A stretch of 64,000 bases of DNA from a virus. Of the stretch, positions 30,623-37,130 are shown one piece after another; the first letter of the stretch is position 1, and each line of letters opens with the position of its first letter. The notes beneath the pieces were generated by a model. It saw only the letters and a list, made by a program, of their open reading frames with translations. It had not been told where the DNA came from and made no database searches. The DNA lies in IMG/VR virus record IMGVR_UViG_3300021961_000019; one strand, given 5' to 3'. The translations under genes and the position numbers were made by a program.

Positions 30623-31066
30623 TTATTGTTCGTTCTCAAACCTAAATCCCAATTTTTTAAGGGGATTGACTACCGCTTCATGAAGACCATCCAAAATATA
30701 TTTTTCCCATCTATATTTGCTATGGTTGGAATCAATTTTTAGAGTATCAATTCCATTATATTTCATATGAACTGTAACATTTACCGTATGATAATCTACG
30801 TTTGGAAACATACTTTCCTCAAGGGAAACGAACTCAACCAACTCCAAACAAACTCCCAATTCTTCAATTGACTTGCGAATTGCAGCATTTGTCCACGATT
30901 CATTCTTATGAATTCTTCCTCCAGGAATCCACCACAATCCTTTGGCAGGTTCTTCCTTACGCATGAGTAATAGATACTCATTATTCGGATTCGTAACTAC
31001 CAAATCAACACAAACTGTTGGCATCACCTCCCTAATCTTCAAATACAAGTCTTGATCGATGTGCAT
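30623..31066 (-). CDS. NUDIX hydrolase, GDP-mannose mannosyl hydrolase-like
   Basis: VDLVV...LL.R..EPAKG.W.IPGGRI.KNE. Confidence 0.85.
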   Translation of the reverse strand: MHIDQDLYLKIREVMPTVCVDLVVTNPNNEYLLLMRKEEPAKGLWWIPGGRIHKNESWTNAAIRKSIEELGVCLELVEFVSLEESMFPNVDYHTVNVTVHMKYNGIDTLKIDSNHSKYRWEKYILDGLHEAVVNPLKKLGFRFENEQ

Positions 31067-31067
31067 C

Positions 31068-31307
31068 TTAGGGTCCCAGAAGATCGTAGAGTTTACTTAT
31101 TTCTATGGTTGTGAAGAATCCACACAAAACTAACGAATCCCACATTTTTAAAAAATATAGTGAAGGGAGAATCAATGTTCCTCCAAGGAGTTTAATGCAT
31201 AGACCTACACTAACATCTCCCCACAAAAGGACAATATATCCAAGAATTAATAATCCATTACCAACATACCGCCAAAATGTAGGATGCTCAAAGAATACAT
31301 TTTTCAT
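31068..31307 (-). CDS. small membrane protein
   Basis: Three hydrophobic segments. Confidence 0.6.
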   Translation of the reverse strand: MKNVFFEHPTFWRYVGNGLLILGYIVLLWGDVSVGLCIKLLGGTLILPSLYFLKMWDSLVLCGFFTTIEISKLYDLLGP

Positions 31308-31322
31308 CGCACTAGTCTCTAT

Positions 31323-31556
31323 TTAGTCGTCCTTGACATAAGAAGGAACACCTTCTGGATCTAACCACTTAGCGTATTCAATGTCCTCCATCGCTAGTGA
31401 ACATTGCATCACATTATCAAAGAGATAAATGTCATGCCAACGCTTTGTGTAATAATCCTGTTTTTGCATACGGTAATCTGGTCTACCGTTAATTTCAAGA
31501 ATACCAACTTCTACAAATCGATATCCTTCACGCTCAAGAAGAACTTTTGGTTTCAT
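31323..31556 (-). CDS. conserved cyanophage hypothetical protein
   Basis: 77 aa ORF. Confidence 0.7.
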   Translation of the reverse strand: MKPKVLLEREGYRFVEVGILEINGRPDYRMQKQDYYTKRWHDIYLFDNVMQCSLAMEDIEYAKWLDPEGVPSYVKDD

Positions 31557-31687
31557 GCGGTGATGTAAATATAATGCGAATGTTGTTGTTTAAACGCATC
31601 AATTTGTTCTTGTGTCTCAAAGAACTTACGCAAAACAACATTCGGATATTCTGCGTATTGATACTTAACTTCGATTAGATTTTTCAT
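31553..31687 (-). CDS. small hypothetical protein, 44 aa (MKNLIEVKYQY...)
   Basis: Manually translated; coupled by overlaps to both neighbours. Confidence 0.6.
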   Translation of the reverse strand: MKNLIEVKYQYAEYPNVVLRKFFETQEQIDAFKQQHSHYIYITA

Positions 31688-31902
31688 CATGCAACCTCCA
31701 GAGATTCCAGGTCACTGAGAACATAATCCATGAGCATTTCATAGTCATCCAGAGGATCGCCGGAGAATACGACGCCCGCATTCTCATAATAACGACGCAC
31801 TTTCTTGTAAAGTTTCGGATTCTTTACATCAAGATAGAAATCACCTTGTGCAGCACAGCGCAGGGTCTGCAGATCTTTCTTGAATTTCGAAACGATAGTC
31901 AT
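31687..31902 (-). CDS. conserved cyanophage hypothetical protein
   Basis: 71 aa; LDVKNPKLYKKVRRYY. Confidence 0.7.
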   Translation of the reverse strand: MTIVSKFKKDLQTLRCAAQGDFYLDVKNPKLYKKVRRYYENAGVVFSGDPLDDYEMLMDYVLSDLESLEVA

Positions 31903-31925
31903 GATTAGTAACTGATTACCTTTTA

Positions 31926-31954
31926 ATTATAGTGCCTTGACCGGGTGTGGTCAA
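31926..31954 (-). promoter_or_regulatory. sigma70-type promoter TTGACC-N17-TATAAT
   Basis: Near-perfect consensus; the -35 box lies inside a CTTGACC/GGTCAAG inverted repeat. Confidence 0.85.
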
Positions 31955-31962
31955 GTCATGAG

Positions 31963-31980
31963 GACAGTTTGTGAACTGTC
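31963..31980. repeat. palindrome GACAGTT-N4-AACTGTC (perfect copy)
   Basis: Further copies at 33007-33024, 36461-36478 and 38902-38919. Confidence 0.8.
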
Positions 31981-31981
31981 A

Positions 31982-32054
31982 TACCCGTGGTCGGATTCGA
32001 ACCGACCCTGAAAAGATTTTAAGTCTTCTGCCTCTTCCGCTGGGCTACACGGGC
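31982..32054 (-). tRNA. tRNA-Leu(TAA), short variable loop
   Basis: Cloverleaf, loop CTTAAAA, A73, 5-nt variable region. Confidence 0.85.
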
Positions 32055-32130
32055 TGGTGCTCCTTGAGGGAATTGAACCCACCTTAGGCGAATTATGAGT
32101 TCGCTGCATTCACCAGATTGCTAAAGGAGC
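32055..32130 (-). tRNA. tRNA-Ile2(CAT), lysidine type; CCA encoded
   Basis: Loop CTCATAA; C4:G69 and C5:G68 TilS-type determinants; A73. Confidence 0.8.
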
Positions 32131-32133
32131 AAA

Positions 32134-32205
32134 TGGGACTGCGGAGAATTGAACTCCGTTCACACCGTTATAAGCAGTGGGCCTTAACCAATAGGCGACA
32201 GTCCC
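32134..32205 (-). tRNA. tRNA-Ile(TAT)
   Basis: Cloverleaf, loop CTTATAA. Confidence 0.9.
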
Positions 32206-32216
32206 AAGAAAAACAC

Positions 32217-32384
32217 TCAAGGTGCTTCGTCGTGCTCGCTATACATTCGTATGAGGTCATCATCTGCTGGACACATCACAACTTGATCGCTTCCATTTGT
32301 GATGCCCAACCTTTCCCCACGCTCAACTCTATCTAACATTTCGTCCCAACGTTCAAGGAATTCATCAACCGAATAGATTTCCAT
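32217..32384 (-). CDS. small protein, Phd/YefM antitoxin-like, 55 aa (MEIYSVDEFLERWDEMLDRVERGE...)
   Basis: Manually translated; SV.EF...W.E.LDRV..GE.I.IT pattern. Confidence 0.55.
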   Translation of the reverse strand: MEIYSVDEFLERWDEMLDRVERGERLGITNGSDQVVMCPADDDLIRMYSEHDEAP

Positions 32385-32426
32385 AAGTTAGAGTTCAACC
32401 TCAGTAAATTGTGGGATTTCTCCCAA

Positions 32427-32500
32427 TCGGAATGGCAGGATTCGAACCTGCGACCCTCTGTTCCCAAAACAGATGCGCTACCAAACTGCGCTACACCCCG
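32427..32500 (-). tRNA. tRNA-Pro(TGG)
   Basis: Cloverleaf, loop TTTGGGA. Confidence 0.92.
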
Positions 32501-32508
32501 GTGTTATT

Positions 32509-32537
32509 ATCATAATGCTATTTACTCTTTTTGTCAA
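32509..32537 (-). promoter_or_regulatory. sigma70-type promoter TTGACA-N17-TATGAT upstream of tRNA-Pro
   Basis: Hexamers and 17 nt spacer read directly. Confidence 0.75.
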
Positions 32538-32766
32538 CCTCCTTTTTTCTACGCTTCAGTTCTTGCTTAACTGCCTTTCCACCACTACGATCCACTACAA
32601 GTTTTTGAATTTCCTTTTTGGTCGGTTTACGTGTTGGACCTTCATGCCTTTGAAGTGTATAGGTCTTAACACCATCAACTTCTTTGTAAGTTCCAGGAAC
32701 TGCATGTGGGGGAGTTCCAGACTTTTTCCCTTCACAGATTTGATAGAATTCTCTATAAGTAAGCAT
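32518..32766 (-). CDS. small basic protein with capsid-targeting-like N-terminus (MLTYREFYQICE)
   Basis: Track ORF 32518-32781; ATAAATA late-type promoter at 32791-32797. Confidence 0.6.
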   Translation of the reverse strand: MLTYREFYQICEGKKSGTPPHAVPGTYKEVDGVKTYTLQRHEGPTRKPTKKEIQKLVVDRSGGKAVKQELKRRKKEVDKKSK

Positions 32767-32777
32767 CGTAGTTCCAA

Positions 32778-32939
32778 TCACTTATGATTATATTTATCAA
32801 ATGGAGCCCAGTGTTGCCAACCATACTTATGAATGGCCCAAATACCCATAATAGGAACAAAAACCAATAGAGCACTCATAATCCCTAGGGAAACTGGATT
32901 TTGCATGACTGTCCTAACAATAAATTGAATAGTGTGCAT
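32778..32939 (-). CDS. small membrane protein, 53 aa (MHTIQFIVRTVMQNPVSLG...)
   Basis: Manually translated; one TM helix and a GWQHWAPF tail. Confidence 0.6.
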   Translation of the reverse strand: MHTIQFIVRTVMQNPVSLGIMSALLVFVPIMGIWAIHKYGWQHWAPFDKYNHK

Positions 32940-33015
32940 GATCAGTAATCCATTTGTCTGATATTTACATCATAAACCCCCCAAAGGGAATGGGGGGTCG
33001 ATTTGGGACACTTTC

Positions 33016-34119
33016 TCAACTGTCCACTCTACACATGTTGTCATGAATTTGATTCCGCTTCGGATTTTCCCGAACCTCATGTCCACCAAATTTATTTCGC
33101 ATACCATTCAATATGCGATTTGCAAAATCTCCTAATCTGCGACTCTCAAACCGCGCAAATAGCGCACTAGAAAGGACAGGAGCGGGAACCCCAAGGTCCA
33201 CAGCGGTAGAAACAGTCCAACGACCCTCACCACTATCGGAAACCCCTCCAGAGAATGATTCAAGTCCACTATCGCTGCGCAGAACAGAAGCGGTAAGGTC
33301 AAGTAACCAGCTGCCAACAACACTACCGCGACGCCAAAGCTCAGCCACCTCAGAAACATCAATATCGTATTGATAACTCTCCGGATCAAACATAGGAGCA
33401 ACTCCGGCATCACCCTCTTTGACATATTGTGACCCAAGATTCGCGTTATGCAGAATATTAAATCCTTCAGCATATGCTTGCATGATTCCATACTCAATTC
33501 CATTATGAACCATCTTCACAAAGTGCCCTGCGCCAGGACCACCACAATGTAACCACCCAAGTTCTGCAGAAGTTACGTCTGAGTCATAATTGGTGCGTTG
33601 TGCGGTATTGATGCTTGGGGCGAGCGCGTTGAAGATGGGGCTACAATAGGCGACTGCAGAATTTCTGCCTCCAACCATAAGACAGTATCCACGCTCCATA
33701 CCGTACACACCACCAGAAGTACCACAGTCAATATATTCGACGCCATACTGATCATGAATCCTTTCCGCTCGACGGCGGCTCTCCTTAAAATTGCTATTGC
33801 CATGATCAATAATAATATCTCCACGGCGACAAAATGGTAATAATTCATTAAGTGTTTCCTCCACAGTTTCTGCTGGAACCACCAGCATATAAACAGCACG
33901 TTCTTCACCTTGGAGAACATGTGAAAGGTTTTCAATGCTGGTGACTACACCACTAATTGCACCTTGCTCATACAAAGTAACTGCTGCAGCATAATTTCTG
34001 CGATATCCCCAAACATGAATCTGATCGTTTGTTTCTTGCAACAGTCGTCTGGAACGTTGAATAATTCTACGAGACATACCCTCGCCCAGGCGACCAAGAC
34101 CTATCATTCCAACACGCAT
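33016..34119 (-). CDS. gnd: 6-phosphogluconate dehydrogenase (decarboxylating)
   Basis: GMIGLGRLG, IIDHGNS, DCGTSGG, GAGHFVKMVHNGIEYG, VSDSGEGRW. Confidence 0.95.
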   Translation of the reverse strand: MRVGMIGLGRLGEGMSRRIIQRSRRLLQETNDQIHVWGYRRNYAAAVTLYEQGAISGVVTSIENLSHVLQGEERAVYMLVVPAETVEETLNELLPFCRRGDIIIDHGNSNFKESRRRAERIHDQYGVEYIDCGTSGGVYGMERGYCLMVGGRNSAVAYCSPIFNALAPSINTAQRTNYDSDVTSAELGWLHCGGPGAGHFVKMVHNGIEYGIMQAYAEGFNILHNANLGSQYVKEGDAGVAPMFDPESYQYDIDVSEVAELWRRGSVVGSWLLDLTASVLRSDSGLESFSGGVSDSGEGRWTVSTAVDLGVPAPVLSSALFARFESRRLGDFANRILNGMRNKFGGHEVRENPKRNQIHDNMCRVDS

Positions 34120-34123
34120 AATA

Positions 34124-34399
34124 CTAGTCCTCCTCTTCTAATTCATCTTCATACGTGGATGGTTCTTCAAATAACTCTTCCATCTTCCGTTGCAAAATCA
34201 TCTTTTGCAGTGCTTTTAGATCGTCATCTTCCAGTTTCATCACAATCAATTCTTCTCCTGCTTTCACACCACGCATTTCTGGATGTATTTTATATTCTGG
34301 ACACTTAATATATCCATGAGTTTCTTTCATGACAATCATTCCATGAATGACCAAACTAAGGGCCACCAAGAATAATACTAGAAAGATTATGGGAATCAC
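34124..34399 (-). CDS. small membrane-anchored hypothetical protein
   Basis: N-terminal TM helix, HPEM..VK.GEEL motif. Confidence 0.65.
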   Translation of the reverse strand: MIPIIFLVLFLVALSLVIHGMIVMKETHGYIKCPEYKIHPEMRGVKAGEELIVMKLEDDDLKALQKMILQRKMEELFEEPSTYEDELEEED

Positions 34400-34572
34400 A
34401 TTACGTTCCTCATGGCGTTTACAACAGTAATTAATCCATGGGTATAAAATGCAAGAACAGTTGCTCCAAGCACAGAACTAATCAATGTTGCAGTTCTGTT
34501 ATGCTTAGCCATCGCCTGTTTGATTGATTCATCAATCATTCTTTGAGTTTCTTCACGATCACTTTCAGACAT
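34396..34572 (-). CDS. small membrane protein, 58 aa (MSESDREETQRMIDESIKQAMAKHNR...)
   Basis: Manually translated; overlaps the next start. Confidence 0.6.
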   Translation of the reverse strand: MSESDREETQRMIDESIKQAMAKHNRTATLISSVLGATVLAFYTHGLITVVNAMRNVM

Positions 34573-34584
34573 AACAATATATAT

Positions 34585-34734
34585 TTAAAAGAATTTTTTT
34601 GGAAGGTCTTCCATTGGGTCCTTACCAGATCTCAGGATTGCACAAGCTCTTGAATAATACATGTTGTTTGTATTTCCAGAGGCTTCCATAGCTTCCTTGA
34701 TTTTTTTCCAGTTCTCTAGATTATGTGCATCCAT
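34585..34734 (-). CDS. small hypothetical protein, 49 aa (MDAHNLENWKKIK...)
   Basis: Manually translated. Confidence 0.6.
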   Translation of the reverse strand: MDAHNLENWKKIKEAMEASGNTNNMYYSRACAILRSGKDPMEDLPKKFF

Positions 34735-34758
34735 TAGTTTTTTTATCTTTAAGGACAA

Positions 34759-34844
34759 CGGTGAGTCAGGGATTCGAACCCTGGGAGGCTACTAACCTCG
34801 TCGGTTTTCAAGACCGATGCCATCAACCACTCGACCAACTCACC
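34759..34844 (-). tRNA. tRNA-Ser(TGA)
   Basis: Loop CTTGAAA, long variable arm, G73. Confidence 0.92.
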
Positions 34845-34869
34845 AAATTGCTTCTATTATAATAACATA

Positions 34870-35121
34870 TTAGCGAATCTCAAAGTCCAATTTCTTAACT
34901 TTTCTTTGTCTTCTAGACTCTTGATAGGCAAGATCTTCATTCGATAAGACTCCGCCACATTTAGTTTTTGTTGGTGGAGTGATTAAAACAACCTTATTCA
35001 AATCAATTGCTGTAATTTTATCATTACTAATTGTTGTCATATTATCACAACCACAAGATATAGGTTTTGATAGATGATTCTCTATCTCCCTATTACAAAT
35101 TTTACATCTAACTCTCATCAT
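34870..35121 (-). CDS. conserved cyanophage hypothetical protein (Cys-containing)
   Basis: C..C...CGC.N pattern. Confidence 0.65.
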   Translation of the reverse strand: MMRVRCKICNREIENHLSKPISCGCDNMTTISNDKITAIDLNKVVLITPPTKTKCGGVLSNEDLAYQESRRQRKVKKLDFEIR

Positions 35122-35191
35122 TCAACTCATCGATACAATATTTAGATACTTCAAAACCGCGTTCTGCGGCAAATGGAAATATTCAATTGTA

Positions 35192-35263
35192 TGGGCGATA
35201 CTGGATTCGAACCAGTGACTTACCACTTGTAAGGAGGCCACTCTACCGCTGAGTTAATCGCCC
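35192..35263 (-). tRNA. tRNA-Val(TAC)
   Basis: Loop CTTACAA; one U-U mismatch in the anticodon stem. Confidence 0.85.
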
Positions 35264-35275
35264 ACGTCAAGTTAT

Positions 35276-35551
35276 TTATGAAAGAGAAATAGCAAGATCT
35301 AAGGCACGTTTTGCTGAAGGAGCGATTGGATATCCAAGATGAAGACCATCTTTATCATATTGATACTCCTCAGATCTGTATAATTGAAATCCAAAAAGAT
35401 CATCTGTGGGAGATCCAACATCCCATACTGATACTGGTCTTACAAAATAAATCCCAGCATTCGCAACAACACGCCACCCAATTTCCACAAATCCCAGACC
35501 ACGAAGAGCACATTCTAATTTTAACGAATACCCTGCATCGTGCAAATTCAT
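35276..35551 (-). CDS. hypothetical protein
   Basis: 91 aa ORF between tRNAs. Confidence 0.6.
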   Translation of the reverse strand: MNLHDAGYSLKLECALRGLGFVEIGWRVVANAGIYFVRPVSVWDVGSPTDDLFGFQLYRSEEYQYDKDGLHLGYPIAPSAKRALDLAISLS

Positions 35552-35599
35552 AGGTTCGGTTTACCGTAACTATGAATTTATTTATTCCCCGGAAGGGGA

Positions 35600-35671
35600 A
35601 GCGGCTGATCGGATTCGAACCGACGACGTTCTGCTTGGAAGGCAGACATTCTACCACTGAATTACAACCGC
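35600..35671 (-). tRNA. tRNA-Gly(TCC)
   Basis: Loop CTTCCAA, U73. Confidence 0.92.
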
Positions 35672-35675
35672 AAAG

Positions 35676-35752
35676 TGGGGGCGGGAGTTGGATTTGAACC
35701 AACGTTCTGCGGCTTATGAGACCGCCGTGATACCTGACTTCACTATCCCGCT
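35676..35752 (-). tRNA. tRNA-Met(CAT), initiator-like; CCA encoded
   Basis: Unpaired A1:C72, GCGGGA acceptor, loop CTCATAA. Confidence 0.75.
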
Positions 35753-35754
35753 AT

Positions 35755-35970
35755 ATTTGGGTGGGTGGTGAGATTCTATCATACTCACAATCAGGAGGTC
35801 GCACTGATAGTAACGTTTCCTGACACTCTCGGACTCCTTGATAGTGGATTCGCATGTCTCTGGTCTCCCAGTCACATGGCGGGCATCACCCCTGTCCTAA
35901 TATACATTATCCCGTGCATGACCGCATAGGATTTTTCTGTCACACCCTTTGGAAATCCGTCGATCTCCAA
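35755..35970 (-). ncRNA. candidate structured ncRNA (about 215 nt) between tRNA-Ala and tRNA-Met
   Basis: At least six hairpins, one GNRA loop and loop-loop complementarity seen by eye; not covered by any credible ORF. Confidence 0.6.
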
Positions 35971-36041
35971 TGGAGAATAGGAGAATCGAACTCCTAATAA
36001 GTGCTTGCAAAGCACCCGTTATACCGTTTAACTAATTCCCC
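35971..36041 (-). tRNA. tRNA-Ala(TGC)
   Basis: Loop TTTGCAA, G3:U70. Confidence 0.92.
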
Positions 36042-36049
36042 ATGTTTTT

Positions 36050-36078
36050 ATTTTAAACGACAATCATGAGATTGTCAA
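36050..36078 (-). promoter_or_regulatory. sigma70-type promoter TTGACA-N17-TAAAAT upstream of tRNA-Ala
   Basis: Hexamers and 17 nt spacer; the -35 box abuts the tRNA-Thr 3' end. Confidence 0.75.
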
Positions 36079-36150
36079 GCCCCCGACAAGACTTGAACTT
36101 GCGACATCGGCTTTACAAAAGCCGCGCTCTACCAGCTGAGCTACAAGGGC
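36078..36150 (-). tRNA. tRNA-Thr(TGT)
   Basis: Loop TTTGTAA. Confidence 0.92.
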
Positions 36151-36205
36151 GAATGAGTCGGATATGATGATCCCGACTCTTATGGAAGAACCGAAGTCCA
36201 TCCAA

Positions 36206-36278
36206 CTGGGGTGGCAGGGATCGAACCTGCGACCTAGATGTTAACAGCATCCCGCTACTACCGCTGAGCTACACCCCA
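36206..36278 (-). tRNA. tRNA-Asn(GTT)
   Basis: Loop CTGTTAA, G73. Confidence 0.9.
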
Positions 36279-36285
36279 TTAATTT

Positions 36286-36357
36286 AACGTGGATTGGGAA
36301 TCGAACCCAAACTCCATGTGTGTTGTCCACCCGTCCTGACCACTAGACTACCCACGT
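36286..36357 (-). ncRNA. tRNA-like RNA / pseudo-tRNA with unpaired anticodon arm
   Basis: Paired acceptor (ACGTGGG/TCCACGT), D arm and T arm (TTGGG-TTCGATT-CCCAA); anticodon arm GGTGG-ACAACAC-ACATG cannot pair. Confidence 0.7.
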
Positions 36358-36421
36358 ATGATGGGTTAAGTGTGATATGCCTCATAAGGACATAACAGGG
36401 ACTTAACCTCTGTCACTTTAT

Positions 36422-36450
36422 ATAGTAACAAACTTTTGATGGGTTGTCAA
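36422..36450 (-). promoter_or_regulatory. sigma70-type promoter TTGACA-N17-TACTAT for the left tRNA sub-cluster
   Basis: Hexamers and 17 nt spacer; palindrome copy at 36461-36478 upstream. Confidence 0.8.
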
Positions 36451-36478
36451 CCCCCCATGTTCCAGTTTCCAAACTGTC

Positions 36479-36949
36479 CTATCCCATCACATATTCTATC
36501 CATTCAGTTACACCACTTTTCTGAACGTCCAGGTAGACCCTATTAAAAGGTGCTACAGGTTCTTTCTTCAAAGTCATGTTAGTTTCTGACAGAAGTTTGT
36601 TTCCCTTTTTCAAGTTACATTTAGTGCAACAGGCAACTAGGTTTTCCCATGTTTCCCGTCCACCTTTTGAACGTGGAATCACATGATCCAGTGTCAGATC
36701 CTTATCAGATCCACAATACTGGCACTCATGATCATCTCTCTTGTATATTAGAGCTCTTGTTGGATAAGATCCCCTACCCATATGAAAGGGAATATGTACA
36801 TAATTGACCAAACGTATTACTCGCTTGGTGATAAGCCTTGCCTTCTCTTTAAAGAGAAGAACTATAGCTCTCTTCCAATTAGTGAATTGCAATGGTTCAT
36901 ATGAACTGTTCAGAACCAATACTGTTGAATACGGTTCTACTAATTCCAT
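36479..36949 (-). CDS. HNH endonuclease
   Basis: RD...CQYCG...TLDHVIPRSKGG...WENLV..C..CN..KG. Confidence 0.92.
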   Translation of the reverse strand: MELVEPYSTVLVLNSSYEPLQFTNWKRAIVLLFKEKARLITKRVIRLVNYVHIPFHMGRGSYPTRALIYKRDDHECQYCGSDKDLTLDHVIPRSKGGRETWENLVACCTKCNLKKGNKLLSETNMTLKKEPVAPFNRVYLDVQKSGVTEWIEYVMG

Positions 36950-36980
36950 AGTCCTATCACACTGTAATGTTATTTAGAGG

Positions 36981-37053
36981 CGTCCCTTGAGAGATTCGAA
37001 CTCCCGACACATAGGTTCGTAGCCTACTGCTCTGTCCACTGAGCTAAAAGGAC
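36981..37053 (-). tRNA. tRNA-Arg(ACG)
   Basis: Loop CTACGAA. Confidence 0.92.
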
Positions 37054-37054
37054 T

Positions 37055-37129
37055 TGGCGAAGGGCCAGAGACTTGAACTCTGAACTTTGGTTTTGGAGAC
37101 CAAGATGTTACCAATTACACCAACCCAAC
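37055..37129 (-). tRNA. tRNA-Trp(CCA); CCA end encoded
   Basis: Loop CTCCAAA, G73; two U-U mismatches in the acceptor stem. Confidence 0.8.
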
Positions 37130-37130
37130 G

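Noticed and set aside
31963-31980. Palindrome as an NtcA, Pho or LexA box
   Set aside because: It does not match GTA-N8-TAC or the tandem direct-repeat Pho box.
31982-32054. Anticodon written TAA might indicate an ochre suppressor or recoded genome
   Set aside because: Anticodon UAA reads UUA (Leu). No CTA, TTA or TCA anticodon was found, and core genes translate full-length with the standard code.
33100-33935. Several overlapping alternative-frame ORFs in gnd
   Set aside because: They are explained by local GC richness reducing stop-codon frequency.
35755-35970. Possible tmRNA or two-piece tmRNA
   Set aside because: There is no T-loop/acceptor 3' end with G3:U70 and CCA, and no tag ORF ending in a hydrophobic-AA motif; it was kept only as an unknown ncRNA.
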